NCBI GenBank assembly: GCA_043228905.1
Contig: JBHGNT010000004.1
Coordinates: 10,168,001 to 10,232,000, forward strand
Direction of reading: 5' to 3'
DNA length: 64,000 bases
Origin: Azolla caroliniana
Lineage: Eukaryota; Plantae; Polypodiophyta
Position numbers and translations under genes: made by a program. Positions 1 through 12,707 of this stretch are shown here, in pieces. The notes under the pieces were generated by a model. It ran no database searches. It worked only from the letters and a program-made list of their open reading frames with translations, and was not told the origin of the DNA. Within the stretch, counting starts at the first letter, position 1; each line of letters opens with the position of its first letter.

Positions 1-1298
1 GAGCCCACAGACTCCAATTATCTCTATGAGACGAGGATACAATGCGACACTCAGAGACAACGACCCCGAGCTCTATGTCTTTGCCAACTGGCAGTTACAA
101 CAGAAAAGCTTTATGTATCTCACACGCTCTATCTCTCTCTCTCTCATTGTGTCTATACAACATCTCTCGAGAAGTGATTGCCCTAAGTCATATTTATACT
201 TATATGAATTTAGGATTATTTACAAATATGGATATGACAGGCACACTAGAAACATATTTACAAATATGTCCCTAGATCCGGTTCACACTGGATACCTTAT
301 GGTTCCTTCCTTCGGCTAGTTCAATCTGGCTCCTCCAGATCCCATCTAGAGGGACCGAATTCCCAACAAGCACCCCCTTCACTGCGGCATGGGATGTCTT
401 GTCAATCTGATCTGTCTCCTACACACGTCCAGCTTGTCGAATGACAACACCTTGGTCAGCATGTCCGACCCGTTCTCCTCCGTATGGATCTTCGTCAACA
501 AGAACTCTTTATCTTCTACTGTCTCCTGGAGCGAGTGATATCTCCTCTGGAAGTGCTTGGTCCGGGAGTGGTAGGCCGCATTCTTTGCGAAGTGGATGGC
601 ACTTTGAATGTCGCAGTAGAGCAGGAATTCCTCCTTTCGGATTCCTTAGAGGATATCTCCATCCTTGGTTTTCGTCCACCCGTTCCTCCGTCTATTCTTC
701 ATCCGAATCTGATTCGGGATCTTGTCCGGTTTCGATGCCCGATTCTTCTTAGGTTGGTCCAGTTCTTTGTCTGAATCCGGCCGGTTCATCATGCTCTTTG
801 GTTGACATCCAGTTTCCGACCGGATGTATCCTTGCATCTTTTGACCGATCTTTGTCGGTCGACCCGAAGTCCATTATCTTCTTCTCCGACTCCCAGTCAG
901 CAATGTTCTTGTCTTCCATGAAGACTATGTCTCGACTCCGGAAGACCTTCTTGTCAACCAAGTCCCATACCCGGTAGCCGAACTCATCATTGGCATATCC
1001 AAGGAATATGCATGGCCTGGACTTCGGATCCAATTTCTCTCTCTTGTCCTTTGCAACATGCACGTGAGCGAGACAACTGAACACCTTCAAATGTCAGTAA
1101 GACACGTCTTTACCGGTCGATACTCTTTGTGGTGTGTCTCCGTCCAAGGGTGTTGAGGGTGATTTGTTAATCACGTACATTACCGTCATCGATGCCTCAG
1201 CCCAAAACGCCTTGGACAACTTGGCATATGCCATCATGCTCCCGACTCTCTCCATCACAGTCTGGTTCATCCGTTCAGCTCCGGTGTCTTCGACACGG

Positions 1299-2189
1299 TG
1301 TCGGGGTAGTTGTGGTTCGTGCGGCGAAGTCGCAGGGATGAAGGTTAAGGGGAGTTGAAGGAACTTAAATTTTAATAAGGCTTGTATGGTGATGTTAGAA
1401 AGGTTAAGAGTAGCAAGAAGAAGAGTTACGAGTAATGTGTGTGTGAGAGAGAGATGAGAATAGATAGAAGATAGAGACAATATATGATTCAAGACGCAAG
1501 ATAGAGACAAAGTATGATTTAAGACAAAAAAGTATATGATATGAACATGATGTATATTATGAATACAAGATTTTACCAACTTTACAATGTTTGGTAGCAA
1601 GATGAACCCTTTCTCTACCGACCCTTGATTCGAACTCTTGACTCCAACTTGGAAACAGGAGCCTCTTCACCAACAAGCTAACTTGTTTATTTCTTTAATT
1701 ATCTTATTTCTCTAACTTTCTCTTGATTCCTTTGTTTTCCCTTTCCCCTCTTTATATAAGTGTTGCCATGCATATGGTAATGTATGGGAGCATGGCATGC
1801 ATGCAATGCATGAGTTACATGTAATGCATGATCGCCATTTGGCGCACATGCATTGCATGTGATGAATGATGGCTATGTATGAAAATAGATATGGGATAAG
1901 TATAATGATGAAAATGCATTCTAAAATAATTAACCTAGCTTAGTGGTGTATGCTTGGTGCTTGGTATACAAGGTTGAGGGTTCAAGTCCATCAATTTTAC
2001 TTAATACAATATATAGCTTCATTCTTATATCATGAAGCACATTTATTACACACTTTTACAAATAAATAGCCTAGCCTAGTGGTATGTACATTGTACATCG
2101 TTTATAAGGATGTGGGTCAAGTCTCTCAAATATTATTAAATACAACATTTAAGCTCATTTTTATATCGTGAAACACATTCTTCACGACA
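1299..2189. mobile_element. Solo LTR inserted in the copia integrase
   Basis: TGTCG...CGACA termini and a 4-bp TSD ACGG (1295-1298 and 2190-2193). Host integrase sequence is continuous once the insert is removed. Confidence 0.85.
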
Positions 2190-2517
2190 ACGGTGAATTC
2201 AAGCCGGATTCCCTTCAACCGGCAATACTCCTCAAACTACCCTTGGCATTCTCCTCCATTGTCTACTTGAACCGCCTTCAACTTCCGGCCGGTTTCTCTT
2301 TCCACTCTCGTGTGGAATTCCTTGAAGATGGATAATACCTAGTCCTTCGTCTTCAGCGGTGAGACCCACAGCTTCCAGATGTGGTCGTCTATAAACGTCA
2401 CGAAGTACTGCGATCCGGCATGTAACTTCGTGTCCGCTTGACATACATCGGTATGCACAAGTTGCAACGGTGCATTCCATCTCATCGGTGGTCTTGTCTA
2501 GAAGGAGGTTTGGTTTT

Positions 2518-3168
2518 GCTTGCCCGCCAAGCAGTTGGTGCACTTCTCAAGCTGAACATCTTTCACCTCCAGAATGAGGTTGTCCTCGGCAAGTTTTTGC
2601 ATTCCTTTCTGGCTCATGTGGCACAACCATTTGGGCCACAGCTCACCGACATTGTCGGATGCCAAGTTCACTTCCTCTCGGCATATCCGGGCATGCATCA
2701 GGTATAACATGTTGATCTTTCAAGATCAACATGTTATACCTGATGCTTGCTCGCCAAGCAATTGGTGCACTTCTCAAGCTGAACGTCTTTCACCTCCAGA
2801 ATGAGGTTGTCCTCGGCAAGTTTCTGCATTCCCTTCTTGCTCATGTGGCACAACCATTTGTGCCACAGCTCACCGACATTGTCGAATGCCACGTTCACTT
2901 CCTCTCAGCATATCCGGGCATGCATCAGGTATAATATGTTGATCTTTCAATGTTATACCCGATGCTTGCCCGCCAAGCAGTCGGTGCACTTCTCAAGTTG
3001 AACGTCTTTCACCTCCAGAATGAGGTTGTCCTCGGCAAGTTTCTGCATTCCTTTCTGGCTCATGTGGCACGACCATTTGTGCCACAACTCACTGACATTG
3101 TCGGATGCCACGTTCATTTCTGCTTGGCATATCCGGGCATGTCTCAAGTATAACATGTTGATCTTTCA
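2518..3168. repeat. Three tandem ~219-bp copies of the GAG-pre-integrase segment with fold-back junctions
   Basis: Three near-identical LYLMHARIC...LEKCTDCLAGK segments; perfect 25-bp inverted repeat at 2695-2719 and 2722-2746. Confidence 0.9.
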
Positions 3169-5008
3169 GGATCGAGCCACGATCAGGCTTCGTTTGCTGA
3201 ACTTCATGACTCTGTTCTGAATGCTACCCATGTAACCTTCATCATCTAGCCAACCGGCTGATATCAGGTTCAACCAAACCTTCGGAATGTGTCGGACATC
3301 CTTTAGTAGCACTTGCACCCGGTTGATGTCGACATCCACACATCTCCTATGCCGACAATTCAGCATGCACCTTCATTTCCCATCCAAACGGAACCGTGAT
3401 CTCCAGCTCTATAAGATGAGAAACACTTCTAGTCGGGAGTTAGATTGAACGACGCGTCGGAGTTGACCACCCACGTCGTTTCGTCGTTGACAATATGTAG
3501 CTCATTTTCCTCAATGATGTGCAACAACTCTTCTTCACTTGTCGCGATTGCCGACGTTCCTCTCCTTTCCGAAATCTTCTTTGGTTCCGGAATGTTGGCT
3601 CCCCCTTTGGCTTTCCGGAAGTGTCGACAATTCTTCTAGAAGTGCCCCGGCTTTCTGCAATAAAAGCAAGTGGGCCTCCCCCTTGACTTCGACCTCGTCC
3701 CCGATTTGTCCCAGTTCTAGGGACTTCGATTCCGGCCTCTTCCCCGGTTATGGTCATCTTCCGTGACCAAGGCCTTCGGATCAGTTCCGGACTCCCGGTC
3801 CTTCCAACAAGCTTCTTTATCCAGCAAGCTTGATTTTACCCTTTCTAGGGACAATTGTTTTCCTTCTAGCCGAGTGTTGCCCAAAGTGACAACTAGCGTC
3901 TCCCCCAACTATCCGGGAGGGAACTGAGTAGCAGCAACGCAAGTACCTCGTTGGCTAGAGGTATTTCCAAAGAGATTGTTTGATTTATGAGCCCCTGGAA
4001 GGCATTCATGTGCTCCACCATACTGGAGCTGACTTGATATCTGAGTCTCACAGACTCGATTTACGGCATTCTTGTTCTCAAACATGATGCCTATCTTCTC
4101 CAAGAGCTCATTTTCCTTGTTCTCTTCCTTAAAGTTGTTGTACATGCTCATGTTGATGATGCATCTTTTGTATGACGTCGTCTTCATGTGGATCACCTCC
4201 CAAGTCGTGGCATCAATCTTGTCTGATTTCTTGTCCCCGAACTATACCGGCAGCCAGAGATCTTTGACCACAAGCATGTCCCTCGTCTTCGACTTCCACA
4301 CTTATTAGTTGGTGCCAGTGAGCTTGAACATGCTTCCAAATGACTCTTCTATTTGTTGTTCGTTTTGATACCAGTTTGTGCGGAATAGCGCTCGGCCACA
4401 GTTGAGTCTTACTCAATGGAAGGAAACAGAAAATAGAAATAAGACAGACACAAGATGTTAACGTGGAAAGCCCTAATAGGGAAAAATCACAGGAGCCGAC
4501 AAACTCTATCTCTATGAGAAGAGGATACAATGCGAGACTCTGAGGCAACGACCTCTAGCTCTATGTCTTCGCCAATCGACGGTTACAACAGAAAAGCTTT
4601 ATGTATCTCACACGCTCTATCTCTCTCTCATTGTGTATATACAACAATATCTCTCGACAAGTGATTGCCCTAAGTCATATTTATACTTATATGACTTTAG
4701 CATTATTTACAAATATGACCATGATTGGCACACTAGAAACATATTTACAGATATGTCCCTAGATCTAGTTCACACCGGATCCATCCGGTCCGGTTGCTTC
4801 CTTCGGCTCCTCTGATTCTCATCCAGAGGGACCAAATTCCCAACATTGTGGCCCCAACATGCAATTGGAGACGATTGTTGGCCATCACCACTTTCCGTCC
4901 AAGAAAACACATTGGATGTCACGGACCTGGGGGTTAGCAACAACCATCACTTCATCTTGTCCAGGGTTTTGTGTAGGCAGGTCTCCCTCTCCATGTCCAT
5001 GTCCAAGA

Positions 5009-5043
<35 letters not shown>

Positions 5044-5118
5044 GCTTCTTCTTCTTCTTCTTCTTGGGGCTTCACGACTTTCTTTCTACTTCATCTTCTT
5101 CACGTGAATATAACTATC

Positions 5119-5160
<42 letters not shown>

Positions 5161-5395
5161 CGTTGTTCTTCCTTCCATCTTCCTTGCCTTGCCTTTCCTT
5201 GCAGACGACAGATGAGAAAGAAAATGGCGAGATCATCGCTCGAGCTCACCATTGTCTCTGCTTCCATCTCCCCAGACATTCGGTTTGATAGCGGTATGTT
5301 CCCTTTTTTTCTTCCAATGTATTGTGCGTGCATGGGGCCACAGGTTCGCATAACACATGGGTCGATTGAAGATGATGCATAACAAAGCAAGCAAG

Positions 5396-5761
5396 CACAG
5401 TTCTAACCATACTTCCCATTCGTGCCATACTCATGCATGAACATTCGTATCATACTCATACGTGAAATGGCTCCAAGTATGATTGAAATCCATTCGTCTA
5501 TATTTATTTTTATTATTCTAAAAAAATTTAATATGAAAAATAAAAAATAAACAACATTTTTATAGACAAAGGTCAAGACCATAAATTCATTGAAAACTAT
5601 GAAAGTAGCATCCAAAGTTCCAAACATGAACTAAATTTCATTGAAACAACACTCATTTCTATAATAAAAAAGGAAAATGAATATCGTGTATTATACGCAA
5701 ATGTATACAAATGTTCGTATACGTCTACCAGATTGGACGTATGCGAATATTAGGAACTTTG
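5396..5761. mobile_element. Non-autonomous hAT-type element (MITE)
   Basis: Imperfect TIRs CACAGTTCTAA / TTAGGAACTTTG; 8-bp TSD CAAGCAAG / CAAGCAAT; subterminal sequence (GCTCCAAG...CCATTCGT, ATGCGAATATT) shared with the ends of the hAT at 20407-23499. Confidence 0.7.
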
Positions 5762-6896
5762 CAAGCAATATATTGTAATCCATAATCAATTGGAGATTTG
5801 GGAAGGTCATGCATGCTTTGTATGGTTATAAGGGTTGCATGTTGAGGAAAAGGTACACAAACATCCTGGCTACACAATTGTTTGAATTGCCTAACATATT
5901 CGATGCAATCAAAGTTTGCAATGCCCATATCTCTTTGATCTGTTTTTAGATCTTGGTTGAATCGAGCATGCATATTACTATGATTTTAGGAATTGTATCT
6001 TGAAGAGGACAATGAATCGAGACTACATTTGGATATCACCCATCATGAGAAGAAATACAACATGGTGTGACCTTATTTGTTTTCGAAAGTATTGTTTGAA
6101 AAGTTGTGGTAAGCTTGACTTAAGGAGTTCTTTAATAAAAGATTTTGAAGTGAGAAGGAGATCATTGTTTCCATGCTCAATCTATTTATTGTTTTTCTTT
6201 TCCCAAAAAAACTCCTTCCATTAGTTATAAAATTTTACAAATGAGATGATTATGTACAAATCCCTGTAGGGACGCGATAGTTCCATCTTATGTGAATGCC
6301 CACTAAAAAACATCTCAAATCCATTAGAAAAATGTATTATTTGTCTTTTTCTTATGTGCAATATATACATGTCATTATCGTTGTTTGCATTTGAACTCGT
6401 CAAAGGATCACTTTCTCTTAGGAAAAGAAAATAGAAAAAAGCAAAGGGCCATCTCATGTCGAAAATGACTTCCACAAGTAGGAATTCTCAAGTTGAGAAT
6501 GGAGATATCGAAAGTACATGTTGACCGACGTGTTGAGTGGCCTACACAAGGTTCTATTGTTCCATACGATATGAAGGATAGAAGAGATCTAGGAATCTTG
6601 GTGAAGGATAATAATAACCCAAGTGGTCTAGTGGCAAAATAGGATGTAGTGAAATGGGCATTCATTCATGTTGGATATATTGCCATTAAGATGATCTTAT
6701 AAGAGTTGACCAAATAAATGAAATATCTACAAATTACAATCTTGAAACTAAAAGGATGGTTGAGTGGGTATACATGGACCCTTCAAGGCGGTACAATTTG
6801 CATGCTCCATGTGAGCACCACATTGTATTCTTTGAGGAGACTTATTAGCTCGTGTCCCCTTATGGGGATAGCTTGATTGTTTCGAAGAATGGTTTT

Positions 6897-7330
6897 TGTT
6901 ACCGGCCGGCAAAGGAGTCCAGAGTGGGAAACGGAGAGTTATTTAAGTAGTAGGAATGTGGTTGTAATTAAGCTATGAGTGTGGACGGACGGACCGGAAA
7001 CGGTATGCCGTTCCGGATCCGGACCGATCCCGAACAGGTGCTGATGGCACCGTTTTGTAATACAGACCGGAAACCTATTTAAAGGCTCGGATACAATGTA
7101 ATAGTTAGCGGTTAATTAATGAAAGCTTAAGCGTTGTTATCTCTCTGTGTTAATTGCCGTTCTGTCGTAATTGTTATATCTTGCGCGTGTTATGAAAGAC
7201 AATCCCAATAAGTAACTTAATTAAGTCGGATTAAGCGTTGAAGTCTAATCCGGTTGCCGTAACACCCTTTGGTGAAGTGTCTCCCGTAGACACCCTGTGT
7301 TAGGCCATTGTCCGGCCCTAAGAGTTAACA
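6897..7330 (+). mobile_element. Solo LTR of the same Ty3/gypsy family as 34184-42504
   Basis: TGTTACCGG...GTTAACA termini, 5-bp TSD GTTTT on both sides, reverse complement of the LTRs at 34184-34619 and 42069-42504, TATTTAAA box. Confidence 0.92.
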
Positions 7331-7989
7331 GTTTTCAAAGAAAAAATCCCTTGGGTTAGTTTTTCCTACTCATGTATGGTCGTCAAAGGCAACCCCCAAA
7401 CCCAATGCTTATTTGGCAAGTCTAAGCCTTGGATTGGTTACACCTAAACTATTGATAATAACTAGCTTCAATCTAACTTTTGGTTTTTCTAGTGTGTTTC
7501 CTTACCAAATCTCACCCATATAGCCAACATATGGATCTAGTTTATATCAGAGGAGATACTTGTTTATGAAAGCATTTTAGGTTTCGGCTTTGATAGCAAC
7601 TTCTCATTTTAATTGAACTCCTAGTCCTCTTTTGGCTTGCATGCTAACAACCTTGCCTCAAGTTCTATAGGATCTTCAATCAACCTTTGAGAGTGTGGGC
7701 TCCTAATGTGTGGAAAGAAACTTGAATGGTGGTAAACTGCAACACATTGTATGAAAATGTGATACATTGACAAGGGTCACATGTGCTCCAATTCTTGATC
7801 TCACATCAAAGAGAATGTGAGCTAATTCATTTGCAATCAAGCAATAGTGTGGATGGCATGCAAAGGGATGGGGTTTAAGATGCATCGATGAATATGGTTT
7901 CCTTATTCATAAAAGAGGATGGTTTTTGAATTTAGTGCAACATACGTGAAATGACCAACGGGACCCAAAAATGAATGATGTGTACATAA

Positions 7990-10750
7990 TAGATGTGGAA
8001 TTGTGCATTGATTATTGTTTTTCAAGATTTTTTTACTAAACATTTTTTAAATTGTGAGTGGAATATGTGTAGCGAGGAGACTAGATTGACAAGTGTGGAA
8101 AAGTAAACTCGAACATGGTTGAATGTGGCGCTTGTCCATGAAAAATAGGCATGGATGATGAGTCTCCTTACATGTGCCAAACACCTTGTCTCATATTGAA
8201 TAGATGTGATAATTACATAGAAGCTATAATATGAATGGTGGACAAAGGGGTGTGCTCTAACATGTATTGATGATTGTGGTTTCCCCATTAAAAGATGGTT
8301 TTGTAGTTTGGTTCAACATGTGTAAGTAATATAAAATGCGAACCTTGATCCTCCACATCTTTTCCAAACTATGACATATTGGTATTGCAAAAAAAGCTCG
8401 TTGACAAAGGAATATATCAACCAATCATGAAGCAAATTTGATGTATCCTTTTTTCCAATTTGTTTCTTATTATCTTCCATCCTTTCGGAGCCCAAAATTT
8501 TATTTTTAAGTGTCTTTTGAATATTTTTAAGGAAGCCAACATGATTTTTTTGTTTGAACCTTAACCATGTAATCAATCTCAAGGGGAAATGATTTGGTCT
8601 TAAAAAGTTTGAACATGTATGACATTTGTGTCTTGACTTGAAGAAACTTCATAAGGAAGCACATTTGGACATTTTGAAACCCTTTCCAAGAGACTTATGA
8701 ATGCTACTACCCCATATATCAACCCCATAAAGAAACACAAATGTTACCAATGTATCAAAGAGATATATATTGACAACAACATTTAATTTATCCACCATCG
8801 TATATGTTCTCCAATGCATGGTAAGCCTTGCTTTCGACTTGTAAGTCATGTGTAACACATTCCTTCCATCTATAAGTGCAGTGGAACCTCAACGCCTAAG
8901 ATATTTGAAGATTCCTATGGTTTTAAATGGCTCATTATTATTGTACACAATCCATTGAGTCTTCACAAGCGTAACCTTCATGTTGGATCTATTAACACTC
9001 AATTTACTATGCGTACAAAAGTTTTCCCAATACACTCATAAGCTTTTGGCATCTTCTAATGTATTTGCAAAAAGACCTACAACATTTACGCATCACAAAG
9101 CATGATAACCACATTCCCAATTGTGATTTCTTCAATTACGTATTGCTTTACAAACTTGTGACTATATTTTTCGTTAATGTGCAAACCAAGGAGAGGGTGA
9201 GAGTGAACATCCTTGCTTAACACCAATGGTGCTAGTGTTTTTTTTTAAATTCCATCTCCCATACGCACATGGCACAACACCCTCTCATAGATTTAAGAAA
9301 CTGCAAACATACATTCACCTTAGTATCTTGAGTTATCCCATTTGTCCCCAAAGACGCTCATGAAACACCATATTAAAGAATTTATTGACGTCTACAAAGC
9401 AACAATAGCGCTCAGTACCTTTCAAAATAGAACTCTTCCATTATTACTTGAAGAGTGACAAGTTGGTTGGTGGTGTTAAGATATTTTCAATTAAAAAAGC
9501 TTAGGCATAATAGAACTAACTATGATTGATCTAATTTGTATTCGAGTCATGCGACATGCCATGTTAGGGTACAAACACATTGCTTATCCAAACATGTGCT
9601 TTCCTCACCATCAATTTGAGCATTCAATATTGATACTTGCCTTGCGAGAGGCCAGTTTCTTAAGCCCAATATATATATATCCTTAATACTGAAGAGAAAG
9701 GCATGGCTGAAAGAGAATTCTAACATGTCATCTTTCCAACAATTGATTGGTCATATTAAGCATTTACAAAAGGTTAAGTTACTATGATTCTCGACACATC
9801 TCCCCTTCAAATTCCTCCAAAGTTTTCCACATGCATTTGCTTTCTCTTGGGTATGGAGAAATACTTGATTAACATCCCATATTCTTCTCTTTCTTTGAAG
9901 AAGTCCTTTATATGCATGTCGATCTTTTTTATCATATCTTTAAGAACATCTAACATTATAAGGTACTTTTGTGTGTCATGAAATTCCTTATCACATCCTT
10001 TTTTTCCTCACTACATTAATGGTTAGTATTTTAAAATCTGTCTTTTTCAATAATCATCTTGGCATGCATATGTGCTTTTGAAGTCTATGCACAAATATGG
10101 TTGTCTTGCACTATTATTTCATAATACATATACTCAAATCCTTCTATACTTAAGATCAATACATAAAGTCCTGTAATATATGACTTTGGAGACCAATTAC
10201 AAATGAAAATTTATGAATGCAATCCAAGATGCCTTATAAGAATAATATATCATCAATAACACTATTTTCATTATGTTTTCTATATGTAATAAAACAAATG
10301 GTATCATTCAATAAATATATACCATTTGCAATGAATGTTTCAATACTATTGCACATTTTTAGAAGTAATTTTCTATATTCAAAATAATTTTCATCTATAG
10401 GAGTGACGCCACACATCTATGTATCTATCCTCTTGCATCCTTGAGATATGTGGTACAAAAGATTTTTGTGCATCATGTTGCAAAATTCTTGTGCAAGTAC
10501 TCATGTCACCAAAGACAATAACCCTAGCCTGACTTTGACATAAGAAAGATTATCTTCTACATCGAAAAAAGTGGTATCTATCTAAACAAGCATAAAAATT
10601 AGAATCATAATGAGGGTTGTGGCATCCAACTACAAAAGAGGGAATGGCATTTGGTGTCATTATTTTGAACCATAATGTAATGCTTATGGCCATCACCTTT
10701 AGCAATAGAGACACAATCTTAGCCCCCTCTCGATGAAACAAGCTTAGGAG
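7990..10750 (-). mobile_element. Heavily degenerate LINE (endonuclease, RT and C-terminal remnants)
   Basis: Minus-strand fragments SVIDDI (APE-like), CCFVD and LFDTLV..LYGVDIWG (RT/thumb), and WKRCGGSRF matching the LINE piece at 29534-30290; many stops and frameshifts. Confidence 0.6.
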
Positions 10751-11139
10751 TGTATTGGAAAACTTCTATATGCATAATAAGTTGTGTCAATAGGTCCAAA
10801 ACAAAGGTTACCCGTGTGAACTCTACATTCTATACAATCAGGTTCCCTTCTATCATAGATAGAATGAAAATAATACTCCCTCACTTACAAGTGGGAAGGA
10901 CTTACTATGCATTGGAGAACACATGTAATAATGGCGAAAGTAATGTTAGTTTCCAAGGAAATACTTCTTTGTCACATTGATAACAATGGCCTCTCTATGA
11001 GGTTCAAATGTGGGATGGTAACATCTCTTAAGTTCAAAATTGCTTTCTTACGCAATTACTTCAAGTCAAGCTATAAAAGCCATACATGCTTTTACTTTTG
11101 GCACAGAGTAACTTGCCAATAAGATCATGCTTGACCATG

Positions 11140-11380
11140 GTAATGGTTACAAGGTACATGCTTAAGGTTAAAAAAACCATCACATCAAAGAGCCTACGAT
11201 CACATGGGAAGCATATAAAAAAATTCACAATACACAAAAGTAAAATTATGGGTTCCAATGGATGCAAGACGTGAAGAATCGGTTTCAAAATTGGGATGCA
11301 TCACATTTGCTTCATGATACATTTTCCGAAGACTAATTGAGATGCATCACATTTGCTTCATGATGCATTTTCAAATGACT
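11140..11380 (+). mobile_element. Short LINE 3' fragment
   Basis: TACATGCTTAAG...GGATGCATCACATTTGCTTCATGAT is homologous to 29548-29720, with an internal ~46-bp duplication. Confidence 0.6.
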
Positions 11381-12707
11381 ACCAAGGGAGGTTAGAGGTT
11401 TATGAAGGGCACTAAATTTACTCTTGTTTTTCATTTGAACAAGTTTGGTGGTGCCTTTCAAAGGGTCCTATCATGTCTACATCCATAATCAAAGCTTGAG
11501 CAAATGGGCATATTTTTTATACATATCCTAGAGATAGATCATCCCCACAAGAAAAATGAGTAAAGTTTTATTGTCAATTACGTTAAAGGAAAATGATGTG
11601 AACATCTAGTTTTCAGACAATATGTTCTATGATCTGTTCGCAAGTTTTGCCTCACTAAAGTCATCAAGGAAAAACCATTACCATCTCCATATTCATCTCA
11701 TAATGAGAAATCGCTCATGGGAAGAAGAAAATCATCCCACGTTAGACAACTTATAAGACTATGAACCACTACTGATCTTGATCAAAGTAGGCCCCTCCCT
11801 AGGCTCACAAAGTATTTACTAAACTGAGACAATTTGGACTTCATAGCTTCATGAATCATCAACATTAACATAGCTCACTATCCAAGTCCTAACACTTGAA
11901 CAGGCATATATGAATATGCATGTTCTATTTATAAATCTATAATCTCCATTCACTGTGGGAACCAACATGAGAACCCCATCAAGAAACTGTGATCAAACTA
12001 AACTCATCTATATTGTCAAAAGAGATTCTTAAGTCAATTCCTAACTTCCAAATTATGGGTAGTATCTGTAGATTTACATTTGAATACGAAGTCAATATAG
12101 CCTAAAAAAGAAACTTTGATTTTCTCGACCAGTAAAAACAGTCAGACATGCCTCTAAAATATGGAACATAACCACAATAATCATTACATGAATTGGTATC
12201 AGGATTGAATTAGAAGTCCTTTTATGGTGAAAAAATAAATTGGAGATTGAAACATGTGACCCTCTACATAGGTTAATGTCAAATGCTTGAGTCATGTTTT
12301 TTTTCAAAATCATGTTGTTTTACCAGGATCTGTAAACATTGAGATGTGCCTAAACCATTTGGCTAGCAGCTCATCCATGTAGTCTCACCTAAAAAGAGTT
12401 ACCTGCAAAAAAATATGAGGTCCATATCCTTATATCCTAGTACATGAATGAATTATAATATTCGATATCCTTTCATTCATGTTCTAGAAACGTATATGAG
12501 CTCAATAAAACCTGATTTAGGTTTTATTACTCACATACTAGAAGCTTTACTGTGGATTACTTTGACAATGTCTGTGATCAGGGAACTTCGAAACAATCAA
12601 TCAATCATTTTAAGGAGCCCATGTCAATATCTTTAGCTCTGCAGCCTCTGATGCAGAAGTGTTTATCTCAGACATAATCAACAGCACACATTACTTCAAG
12701 TCATATT

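Larger units (their letters stand above)
1..4845 (-). mobile_element. Defective Ty1/copia LTR retrotransposon (Tork/Tnt1-like) with RT deleted
   Basis: 5' LTR 4377-4845; 3' LTR 1-368 cut by the window edge; Met-i PBS remnant TGGTATCA at 4366-4373; PPT at 371-381. Broken gag, protease and integrase ORFs resemble the copy at 46578-52268. The RNase H end joins the post-integrase linker directly near 645. Confidence 0.9.

Noticed and set aside
1929-2002. Functional tRNA genes in LTRs (also 33117-33189 and 26045-26115)
   Set aside because: Only the A/B boxes and partial T-stems are kept; acceptor and anticodon stems do not pair.
4846-5340. Short ORFs around (CTTT)n and (GA)n tracts as a gene
   Set aside because: The translations are low-complexity and no domain or consistent exon structure is recognisable.
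11400-12707. Nup96 part of a Nup98-Nup96 polyprotein
   Set aside because: The NUP98 frame stops 12 codons after HFS, and the exon-like segment near 12325-12403 has stops in all frames.
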